Shown: positions 11,215-21,267 of the stretch, piece after piece | Layout of the letters: every line of letters begins with the position of its first letter | Position numbering within the stretch: the first letter of the stretch is position 1 | Source of the DNA: Macrostomum lignano | Taxonomy: Eukaryota | Direction: 5' to 3' | Length of the DNA stretch: 39,408 nt | Assembly (NCBI GenBank): GCA_002269645.1 | Contig: NIVC01004649.1 | Coordinates: 1-39,408 of the forward strand | Translations under genes and position numbers: made by a program | Notes under the pieces: model-generated | Seen by the model: only the letters and a program-made list of their open reading frames with translations | Database searches by the model: none | What the model was told of the DNA's origin: nothing

Positions 11215-13248
11215 TGTTTGCTCTTTTTCATTGCTAGAAAGATGAACTGGAATGTTTCCCTCCGCAAAGAGACCAATTCTAGCCTTGAATTCCCACATCG
11301 GCTTTCCTTTCTTTACTGTCATACTGAAGTTGCTGTCCGCGAAGTAAACATTTGCACTTTCACCGCTACCGTCTTTCAGCTGGTACTCTATGAGCTCGGG
11401 ATCCGAGATAGCAGTAGTTCTGCAGAGGAACTGGTTGAACTTCAATGATTTCACTACACTTGGCCCATCGAAATGTCTCAAAAATTTTGTAGGAACAGCA
11501 TTCTCCAAGCCAACACTTCCTTGTTCCAAATGAATATTAACAACAATGTTAGACCCACCGTATGAGCAGCAGAATTCCCAACTGAAATTAAGTGCTTCCT
11601 TTTCATTACTGGTAAGGTCACCGACTACTTTCCACAGGAAGTCTCCAGCCTTATTGTTGCAAAGCAAGTGCCGACACTTCAGTTCACTCTCGAATGGCAA
11701 AAGTATGTTGGTAATAGCAGGCTGAAAGTGTTCGGAGTGGGACAGCTTCACTTTTGCATGAGCCTCTGGATCCCTCTGCAGTCGGCTGATGGCACAGCCC
11801 ATGCTGCTGGTTACGCTCTGGATTTCATCGCCTACAAATTGGACAAGAGCTCTCTCTGCAGACTTCGACTTGCATTTCATTAAGACGATAATATCCATTA
11901 GCTTTCTGTCATGAATTGCCTCAACTTTTTGAACGGATTTTAAATTGAATCTGGGCGAGAGAATTCGTCCAGACATGTAGTACTCCTCTTTGTACTTCAA
12001 CGACTTCGACATCATTTCGCCCACCTGACATCTCAGCGTCTCATCAAAAATGTCTTCCATGAGACTCGACGCATCAAGCAGCATTCCATTTTCAATAAAA
12101 AATAAAATGTGTCTCAGATCTCTTGCGGTCACTTGCTCCCTTTTTGCCTTTTCTGACGTTTTAAAATTGTTGATGAGACGTCGAACGATGGAAGCAATTT
12201 CGTTGTTGCATAGAGTTCCATCTCTTAGCGGCGCGAACAGGTCAGGAAAGCAGTCCGTTTGCGGATCCAACTTGGGACAGAAAATCTCAATGCAGCGGTT
12301 GCGGAAAGATTCAGACAGCTGAAAGCTGCTACTTCTACCGATTGTTGCTGTGCAGATGAGAGCAAATCCAGGTTTCGGATCGATTCCGCCCTTCGGTCCG
12401 TCAGTGAGAGCCACTTCATGGACGTACAATCGCTGGCCCGACTCGCCAATGGAATTGAGCCTCTCGATCACCTCTGGTCTCGCGTGGTCAACATTGTCCA
12501 GCAGGATCCAGTTACCATTCTTCATCGACTTTACTAGAGGCCCGTCAACAAACTGAAAGCTGTTTTTGGAGCCACTGCTGACCGGGGAGAAGCCGCCAAT
12601 GAGGTCGCAGACGTCAGTATCAGCATGAACCGCAACAGTGACCAGCTGCTTGCTGCACCGCCGAGCCAGCTCCGCAACTGCGCTGCTCTTTCCGGAAACT
12701 GGAGGTCCCAGTAGAAGTAAGATTTTACCACTTCCAATCGATTGTTGCAGGAGACGCACGAGTCTGTCGGACGCGTCGCAAGGATTCAGCCTCTGACTTG
12801 AGTGTAAGAAGTCCCCGCGGCTGGTAAAAGCTCTCTTAGCTGTTTCTTCTGGAGACTCGCAAACAGCTAGTTTGCTTATCAGCTCCTGGGTTTCGGAACT
12901 ACTGGAAGAACTACATTCGCAGTATACAATACCAAGAGCTTCTTTCACAGTGTTATGCGCGTTCAACAAGCCGACAACCTTTTCTACATCTCTAAGGTTG
13001 AATTTACGATCAAAGTGGCCAGACGGGCATGCGTGATCTTTACAGCTAGCAACCATTTGCCAGTGAAATGAAGCCACTGCTTCAGTATTCGGACCAAATT
13101 CATTTCGAAACTTTTCGATTATTTCTTGCGTCTCTTTCTCTCCGATGACGTCCACGCTTACCTCCGTTAGCAGCTTTGACAGAGCTGGCGGCAGCTCCTG
13201 GCGTCCTCCGCCAGAACTTGCCGGGTTCATCGCGCACACAAACTGCAG
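11215..13248 (-). CDS. Start of the very large last exon: end of AAA5, AAA6 and post-ring segment, cut by a retroelement
   Basis: LQFVCAMNPASSGGGRQELPPAL resembles the midasin ATMNP motif. AAA6 has GPPVSGKS, FQFVDGPLVKSMKNGNWILLDNVD and SFRNRC. The ORF stops at 11194, inside the retroelement tail. Confidence 0.85.
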
Positions 13249-13386
13249 CTGCAATGCGACATGTTATAGAGAACAGAGTTTTACAGATTACACTTGACTA
13301 AACTTTCTGTATACAACTAGGAAACCCTAATGATGAATAACTCAATTTTCTATAATTTCAACAGCGTTGTGTCAATTGCTTCTTAC

Positions 13387-13451
13387 CTTTTTCAGGGAAT
13401 ATTCCTTAGAGTTCACAACCATCTTTGTGCCTTTAGGATGCTTCATGATCC
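13387..13451 (-). CDS. 65-nt exon within AAA5 (GIMKHPKGTKMVVNSKEYSLKK)
   Basis: Acceptor ttattttAG| at 13452 and donor AAG|GTAAG at 13387/13386. Phases 1 and 0 fit both neighbouring exons. The next acceptor is ttgcAG| at 13249. Confidence 0.75.
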
Positions 13452-13540
13452 CTAAAATAATTTCAGAGAACACTGGCAATCAAGCAAATGACATAAAACG
13501 ATAAAATGTACTTCTATTAAAAGCGATTTGTTCTGCTTAC

Positions 13541-16500
13541 CAATAATTGTGCTCAGAACATTGCTGGGAGCCAAATTAATTTCGTCGAATAAAATAACGG
13601 CTCCTTGATATTCATCGGGACTTTTCGGTTTTCTGCCCGCCATTCGAGCAGAGTCGGCCACTGCTGCCTGCTCCAGAATTGCACCCTCTCTGAATTGAAA
13701 CGTCATTTTGGTAGCTTTAGTTCCCGAATTCGAGTGCGCCGTTGGAACAAATGACCCAAATAGGTCTTCTTGAGAAAGATCACTAGAGCAGGAAATTCTG
13801 ATGAACTTCTTTTTGAGAACCGATTCTGCAAATATCCTCGTGATTTGGGTCTTGCCAACTCCCGGAGGTCCAACGAGGTTGACCACTGATTCAGTGTAAT
13901 GAGCAATTAGCAAGTGGCTAAGTACTTCTTTTGCCCGTCGGGTTACTGTCAGATCCTGACCCACTCTTTGAAACTCCTGTTCTGAGAATAGCGATGCTTC
14001 AGACAGAATTTCGTTTGGACTGTCACTTTGTGGAAATTCCTGCTTCAGGGCGAGACTAAAAGGTGATTTGCAACATTTTGGAGGAATTTTTGCAAATGAT
14101 GCCATGTTGACTAGGCTCTTCACACTCAGAATTCCATTTGAGAGTTTCAAGGCTTCGCTAAGGCCACGGTCGATGTCTTCCGACAAAGAGGAAGGGATAG
14201 ACGATTCTCTGCTCAGGATATCCCGAAAGAAGACTTCAGCCTCGCTGCCTCTGCTCACATCTGTCAGCTGAGGATCTCGCACATGAATCACTGTGTACCG
14301 CGACCTCATTGAGGGCGAGATGTCTTTGTCCGTTGGCAAAGAGATTGTGGCTATTAGTTTAAAGTTCACGCTCAAAGCGATCGGAGCATCAAACTGATGA
14401 GGATGAGTAAAGCTGGGCTCTAACTCGGTCACGCTGTTGAGGCACTCAATAACTGCCTGATCAGCAAGGTTAATGTCTCTCAGGAAGGCAATTCCACCGA
14501 AGCGAATATTTCTCATGATTCCCCTCTCACAGAAAGGAAAAATCTGAGATCCCGATGAGCAAAGGGACAAGTTTTGCAATGTTTCATGCGCGAACGCTGC
14601 ATCAGAGAGGAGGCATTGCTGAGGACAGCCGATAAAATCAGCTGAGTGCTGCTTCAGTATGTCGCAAAACTGACTTGACTTGCAGCTCTTCCATCTCTCT
14701 ACTGCAGGTGATTGCTTGAATGGGGCTGGTAGTTCGTTTGTAAGTCGATTTCTAAGCTTGGAGCAAGTGCTTTCGAAGTACGATGTGCATTTACTGAAGC
14801 TCTTTGCCTTGCTCGGATACCGCGTCATCAGCAACTGTGCAGCTGGATTGGCGCAAGTCTCTTCGAAGGACTCCGCTGAGTGCGGCTCGATCCCGCCAAA
14901 CAGATCTCGGGTCTCGGTTAGATCCGACATGTACAAAGTAGTCAGTCTGCAAAGCTCAGGAGCACCAAAGTCTACGATTTGAGTCAGGTGGCGCACCATC
15001 GTTGCTTTAAAATTCGTCCGGCCTTCGAGCACCACGGGCTCAGCGAAGTGGAGCGCCAGTGCAAGCTTGCAAAGGCTCAGCTGTTCGCTCCTTATCATGG
15101 GCTGCGGAAGGCTTTTCTGCAGCGCTTTCAGCTTCACAGACACAGTTGCCGACACAGCTGCATCTCGAAAGAAAATTTCAAAGAGCCAATCGTTTTCGAC
15201 GCATTCAATTTTGCAGTCCAAAACTGCTGCTTGAGGTGGAAATAGGTCCATCAAAACGGCAACGTGTAGCTTCACCTTTTCCAGCCAATTTTCTGCGCTC
15301 AAATCTTCCGTAATGGTGAGTCGTCTCACAAGCTTTAAAAGAGTTCTCAAGGTTGTTGAGTTCGATTGGTTGTGGTGACCCTGCAAATATTTAACAAGCT
15401 CTTGGATTCGAGTTCTCATCTCCGAGCTTGATAGCTCGCTACTAAAGAGATTTTTTGCCACATTTTTCATGAATGACCTTGCTCCGTGGTATAGTCCTGA
15501 TAGACTTTTTATTTCGCTGCTGGGTTTGTTCTGCTTCATCGAGTCTGCAAAACATGCTACTTTTCCGTAGAGGATGTCGACGATCTCATCGCGAGTGTAA
15601 TCTGGCACCGAGTACTTCACCAGTCTGGCCAGCACAGGTTCTGGAAGGCACTGTCTTCCAACATATTCTGTCGGATTTTGCGTACCCACAAAGGCAAACT
15701 CCGGGTGAACATCAAGCCATTGTTGTCGAATCGAGCAACGAAATTTGCTGCCACCGCTCAGAAGAGGCGTCAGATAGCTCGTGACTTCGGGCGATGCCAA
15801 ATTAAGCTCGTCCGCAATAAATATGCTTCCTTCTCTCATGGCCTTGCTCAGCGGCCCTTCTTTGAACTTGGCCTTCGTTCCATCAGGCAGATAGCAGCCC
15901 ATTAGGTCAGTAACAACTGTGTCCTTGTTGAACAGAAATATAACTGGCCTGGCCGCATAGCCTAAATGATTGCTCACTAGCTTTACAAGCGATGTTTTGC
16001 CTACTCCGGAGTGCCCTTCCAGCAGCACGGGAATCTTCATTCTGAGGAGAACCATTAACAGGCCAGCCAGTTTCTGTCGAGACTCCCCAAGAGTGTACAC
16101 TGGACTGTCAAGAATAACATTCTGTGTCCATTCGTGTTTGCATTCTACGGACGACTCAAGCACTAATTCTGCAATGCTTTCAACTACTTGAAACCAGTCA
16201 TAAAGAGAATAATTTTTGCCATCTAAAGCGATAGGCTTCTTGGCCAAGTAATTGGTTCCGTTTACGAATTGGGCTATCTTCCCGATCGAGGCGTAAATCA
16301 GTTTACATTTTATCGTCGAATCTTGTTCGCGCATCGGCAAGTGACGGAACATCAAGTCCAGAATTCTTCGAGCATTGTTTCTGCTCATTCGATTCGCGAT
16401 AAAGGATTCGACATCCGAGCTCAATATGTTTTCCGGCACGTCAAATATGACGAAGCGACTGAGGAACGACTGGGCCCAACTCGAATAGTTCGTTCTGACG

Positions 16501-16719
16501 CTGCTGACTGAATGTGGCGAGCACAAAGAAGCTTGGATCAACCGGCACCATCTTGCCGTCAATTAGATAGCGGCGCTCTGGCCCTGTCTCCAATAGTGCG
16601 TTCAGAGACTCCAAGACTGCCTTTTCTACCAAGTTAATCGACCTGAGTACCAGGCATTTTCCCTCTTTGATAGCTCGAGCTACTGGTCCGTCAACCCATT
16701 GGAATACGGCTCCTGAATC
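13541..16719 (-). CDS. Exon: rest of AAA2, AAA3, AAA4 (with insert), most of AAA5; one +1 frameshift near 16475
   Basis: AAA3: GHSGVGKT and FIADELNLA. AAA4: GRTNFKAT and FLRDINLA. AAA5: GPPGVGKT and ILFDEINLA. Removing one base from TTGGGCCC (16472-16477) joins FVLATFSQQRQNELFEL to (A/G)QSFLSRF. The exon ends at donor G|GTAAG (13541/13540). Confidence 0.85.
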
Positions 16720-16819
16720 CTAAAATGCAACATCAAAAATGATGTCAAAGATAAAAAGATAAGGTACTCGTACATGAGTTTTCGAGAGCTACGGTAAATA
16801 AATAAGTACAAAAGCTCAC
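16720..16819 (-). other. 100-bp phase-0 GT-AG intron
   Basis: GTGAG...ttgcattttAG. Splicing gives GQFQPQ|DSGAVFQWVDGPVARAIKEG, which matches the MoxR/midasin F.W.DGP motif. Confidence 0.85.
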
Positions 16820-19411
16820 CTGGGGCTGAAACTGTCCCACCAGATCATCAGTTGATGTTTCAGAATGGCAATAGTATTCCTCAAGTTCGATGTTTCTCTT
16901 CTTTGCCCAAATCCAAATGGCGGTGAATTTTCCCGAGAAGCTTTCCCCGACCAGCATGCCGGGCCTCTTCGTGTCATGACAGAGATCAAGATACTCCATA
17001 GTGTCGCTGTAGGTGCTGAGTACTGCCACTTCGCCAATTCTCAGGTCGGATAGATTTTGGGACACCTGCTTGGGTCCGAATTCCATTTGCAAACTTTCTT
17101 GAACAAGCGTATGAGTTTCTTCAGCTTGCGAAGCAGTATTTTCGCTGTGCCGAGAAAAAAGACACATGAGCCGGTTTGTCACTTCCTCGGGCTTAGAATT
17201 GATAATAATGTCTTGAGCATGCAGCAAATCTCGAAGAGTAACATGCAGTTTATCTTTGAACTTCCTGTAGATTGAAATCAGTTTATCGGCCATTTGAGTA
17301 TTGCCGTCTGAGCATCTGCCTTTTAATATTTTTTCGACATCATCATCAGGCAGCTTTGAAAAAGTTAAGCGGACAAAGTGGCTCATAAGAGACTTTGAGA
17401 AACGAAGACTGTCGAATCCAAAAACAACGACATTCGAATTTTGACAAAGGAAAAGGCGAAAGTTCGGGTGGCGTCGGTAGCACAGACATCCATTCTCCGC
17501 ATCTGACTGGCCGGCGATGAGGCTGTCCCGAATTTGCAGCATCCCTGTGTCCAGAACGTCCTCCAAAACCCGCAAAACAGCGTCACTCGCCAGATTGGCC
17601 TCGTCCAACAGAAGCCAATAGCCGTCCCTGACTGCTCGGGTAAAGATGCCTGGCTCGAACCGGAACTGCGATCCGGATCCCGAACCAGCGAATCGAACAC
17701 TCCCGAGTAGGTCTGCCGCGCTGGTGTGTGGTGACAGGGTAAATCGCAGCAGCGGGGCGCCGGAGATGGCAGCGCAATACCGAACTGAGAACGTCTTTCC
17801 TGTGGCTGGTTCGCCTTCAATAAAGACGGGCATGTTGGAGTTGATCAGCAGTAATAGGCGCTCAACATTTTCTTTGGTCCGGTCAGTAAATACGAAGTTC
17901 ATTGTTTCGTGGCTCTCAACCGCTTGTTTCATGCTTTCTGAAATTTCCGATGGAACACTTTCTAGACTTTGTCTTGGCAGTCTTATTCGCAAGTGATCGT
18001 CGAAGAGCTCCTCAACTTCTAGCTCTCTATTTTCGTGGATACTCAGAAAGAGCTCCTGTACAAAATAATTTTCTTGAGGTAGCTTTCCTTGGAGTTTCAA
18101 ATGCTTCGTAAGCTTCTCGTGGCTGAACTCAGACATCAGAGTATCCATGTACTTTTTGTCACTCCTTTTCCCTGCTTTGATGAATGGCAGAAATCTGTTT
18201 TTGTCTTTATTTGCTTTAGTTTGTTGTTGCTTTTTCGCAGTCGGCTGTGTAATACCAACAGGTGTGGGTAGCGGTCGACTAGACCTCACGCTCCACCTAT
18301 TGCTTTTGCTTTTCTTAGCCACCTGCTGCTCCAGAACAGTCACCTTTTGATCCACTGAGCCTATGATAATGTCAAGACATCGCGCGTCCAACACCTCATC
18401 TGGCAAAGCGACCTCATCGGAATCTTGCTTTAACTTCCGGATCTGAATCACTGACTCTTCGGATGGGTTCACCAAATAGTAGGCGTTCTCGAGAGGATCC
18501 GTGGCCAGCCTTATTGGAGCATCGAGTGCTGCTTCACCGGCCTGAGTGACGTCCCAGTCAACAGACAGAGCAATCACATCGGTCGCGGTTAAGCTGTCGA
18601 CAATACAGCCCTCGGCTTTGAAAATGGCATCGATTCGGTCACTCTGGTGACCAAGCCGGGCGGTGCATAACTTCCAAACCCGCTGATGCAGAACGACCAT
18701 GCGAAGGAGAAGCTCATCATTCAAGTTAACAAAGACAGCGCCTTTAACATCCGATCGACAATAGATGGTTGGAGTTTGTTCTTTCAGGGGTACTAGATAG
18801 AATTGCATTCGGTTCGAACTGTCCTTAGCAAATATTGTGGCGAAATCGGAATTCTCTGAAACCTGATAGTGAAGCACCGATCTCAGGCTCAACTTGTGCT
18901 CTAATCGAAGGTCATGCTGGTCGAAACCAGCTTGATTGTTCTTGTAAACCCTGATTCCAGCCCAGTGGTGAATCAGAGTGCTTTCGGTTACTACAGCAAA
19001 AACATCGGTGCTAAGCCACACTAGCTTTAGCGCTTTCTCAGCCTGCAACGAGTGCACAGCAACGGGAGACCATGGTGAGCTCGAGGCAAAGTCGAATACT
19101 AGTACTCGATCGGCAGAGTTTCTTCGAACCACAACCGCAAGCCTCGAAGTCGTATCGTTCGGTACGGTGTGAACAATGGCGTCATTGCCACACTCGGGTA
19201 TGACGAATCGGCGAAGCGTGTAAGATTCCGGGTCAAAGACAGTCGTGCAGTTCACTTCAGAGCCCTTCAGTCCCAGAATATCCGGTAAACTGTACGAACT
19301 GTGGATAACGGCCGAAGTCTTCGTGAAGAACACATCGTGCAGTTTATAGTTCTTGTCAGGACCGACCACGTCAAGTCTGAAGGGGAAGTTATCCCCTTCC
19401 ATGCCTGAGAG
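16820..19411 (-). CDS. Exon: clathrin-terminal-domain-like propeller, AAA1, and the start of AAA2
   Basis: AAA1 has Walker A GEPATGKT, FRFEPGIFTRAVRDG and Walker B WLLLDEANL. AAA2 has Walker A GESFSGKF and STDDLVGQFQPQ. The exon ends at donor CAG|GTGAG (16820/16819). Confidence 0.85.
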
Positions 19412-19585
19412 CTGGGGAATAAAAGGAGCATTTTCGGGTTTCGCTTCTTGCTGCGCAATTTACGATCAAAATTCTATCAAATCAGAAATTCAGTCAATGC
19501 AGCGAAACTGTGGAAATGTTAAGAGCCTTATTATCCGAAACTAGAGCTAGTTAATTAATTGATGGGTAAGCAGCAAGATGACTTC

Positions 19586-20580
19586 ACTTCATCCCAGGTC
19601 ACTGCACCCCATCCCAGGTCACTGCACCCTATTCCAGATCACTGCACTCCATTCCAGATCACTGCACCCCATCCCAGGTCACTGCACCCCATTCCAGATC
19701 ACTGCACCCCATCCCAGGTCACTGCACCCCATCCCAGGTCACTGCACCCCATTCCAGATCACTGCACTCCATTCCAGGTCACTGCACTCCATTCCAGGTC
19801 ACTGCACCCCATCCCAGATCACTGCACCCCATTCCAGGTCACTGCACCCCATCCCAGGTCACTGCACCCCATCCCAGATCACTGCACCCCATCCCAGGTC
19901 ACTGCACCCCATCCCAGATCACTGCACCCCATTCCAGGTCACTGCACCCCATCCCAGGTCACTGCACCCCATCCCAGGTCACTACACCCCATCCCAGGTC
20001 ACTGCACCCCATCCCAGATCACTGCACCCCATTCCAGGTCACTGCACCCCATCCCAGGTCACTGCACCCCATCCCAGGTCACTGCACCCCATCCCAGATC
20101 ACTGCACCCCATTCCAGGTCACTGCACCCCATTCCAGGTCACTGCACCCCATCCCAGGTCACTGCACCCGATCCCAGGTCACTGCACCCCATCCCAGGTC
20201 ACTGCACCCCATCCAGGTCACTGCACCCCATCCAGGTCACTGCACCCCATCCCAGGTCACTGCACCCCATCCCAGATCACTGCACCCCATCCAGGTCACT
20301 GCACCCCATCCAGGTCACTGCACCCCATCCCAGACTGCACCCCATCACCAGGTCACTGCACCCCATCCCACCACCATTCCAGGTCACTGCACCCCATCAC
20401 TCAGATCACTGCACCCCATCAGGTCTGCACCCCATTCACTGCAGGCAGTCTGCACCCCATCCCAGATCACTGCACCCCAATCCCAGTTCACTGCACCCCA
20501 ATCTCATGTCACTGCACCCCATCCCAGGTCATTGTGCCCCAATCCCAGTTCACTGCAACCCATCTCAGGTCACTGCACCT
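19586..20580. repeat. 20-bp minisatellite (ATCCCAGGTCACTGCACCCC), ~50 copies, degenerating rightwards
   Basis: Direct reading. Variants ATTCC, CAGATC and CACTCC occur, and units shorten to 19 bp or become irregular after ~20200. There are no spacers. Confidence 0.97.
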
Positions 20581-21159
20581 AGACATTTCTACGTATCTAC
20601 GAGCGTATCTATCCCAATAAGCAAACCCACCTAGATCCATTCTGCAATCTGCAGTCACACCCATATCGAAAGTGCAACCTGCAGAACCACTCAGATCCAA
20701 GCTGCAAAAATCTCAAACCAGCTTACCTCGGCCTCGACTTATGACCAATCTTAGTTGAAGTCTTGGTTGTGTCAGATAAAAGTACTAAATGAATATACCA
20801 GTAAATTTATAGAATTTATTAAAAAGTAGGTAAACTGCGTTTGAGATTGGCAGACTTAATTTTTGTTTTCTTCTATTTCTAAGTTTCTAATCTATGATAG
20901 CTAATTTAGTGCAGTAAAATTCCAGACTTTTGTTAATTAAACAAATTTATATAGGCTGAAGATGGTACCGTTTACCCAGACAGGGGTAGGGGGGCAGTTA
21001 CGAGTGCATGAAACGTATTCGCTACTTGTGCATGCTGCAGTCTTTAATGCACAATAGTCTACAACTGCACTGCTATTGTACGGTGCTTCGAGACGCACAG
21101 GTGGTGTGTAATTAATCCCAACCTCTAAAGCTGCCGCTGCCCTGGAAAGAGAGTCTCAC

Positions 21160-21267
21160 CTTGGACTTTACTTTCGTATTCCACTGCAGTACTATAGAAA
21201 GGGAACTTTGCTTGGTTATGTTCAAGGTACCAGCAATGAATTTTGTCATCATTTGAGGGAACTTCAT
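21160..21267 (-). CDS. Candidate first coding exon (MKFPQMMTKFIAGTLNITKQSSLSIVLQWNTKVKSK, 36 aa)
   Basis: ATG at 21267 has A at -3 and an in-frame TAA four codons upstream. The exon is exactly 108 nt and ends at a strong donor AAG|GTGAG. Phase 0 fits the acceptor cttttattccccAG| at 19412, giving ...KSK|LSGMEGDNF in frame. Confidence 0.5.

Larger units (their letters stand above)
196..21267 (-). pseudogene. Giant midasin-like AAA+ gene (clathrin-TD-like propeller, 6x AAA+, beta-rich region, D/E-rich tract, 2x VWA); reading frame disrupted in this assembly
   Basis: Consecutive minus-strand ORFs (16745-19402, 16441-16632, 13452-16562, 11194-13254, 6014-10267, 5109-6044, 4832-5140, 3941-4399, 2102-3934, 1495-1926, 581-1495, 546-779, 196-645) join through GT-AG introns, single-base frameshifts and one insertion. 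They give six MoxR-type AAA modules, an acidic tract and the midasin pre-MIDAS motif (MWKKL...GKKLSIRGLMNW...NKIWLQR...ERRIAVGIAV). The 3' end may run off the window. Confidence 0.8.

Noticed and set aside
16470-16482. Micro-intron explanation for the frameshift (also 5060-5116)
   Set aside because: The GT...AG at 16470-16480 is 11 nt and does not restore the frame. The 5060-5116 candidate lacks the pyrimidine tract of the real introns and would delete the protein-like WPTPFG segment.
12280-17820. Dynein, RNF213 or VWA8 identity for the AAA array
   Set aside because: There is no dynein stalk and no RING domain, and six modules are present rather than VWA8's smaller set. The F.W.DGP, ATMNP-like and pre-MIDAS motifs point to midasin-like.
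268-18350. Many plus-strand ORFs opposite the giant gene (e.g. 268-1017, 6294-6746, 17646-17996)
   Set aside because: They are antisense shadows with no recognisable motifs. Only the RNase H frame at 10260-11114 is real.
19586-20580. CRISPR-like array (also 30035-30541)
   Set aside because: Units are head-to-tail with no unique spacers, there are no cas genes, and the context is eukaryotic.
19559-20620. 353-aa and 334-aa plus-strand ORFs
   Set aside because: They are stop-free translations of the 20-bp minisatellite and carry no domain signal.
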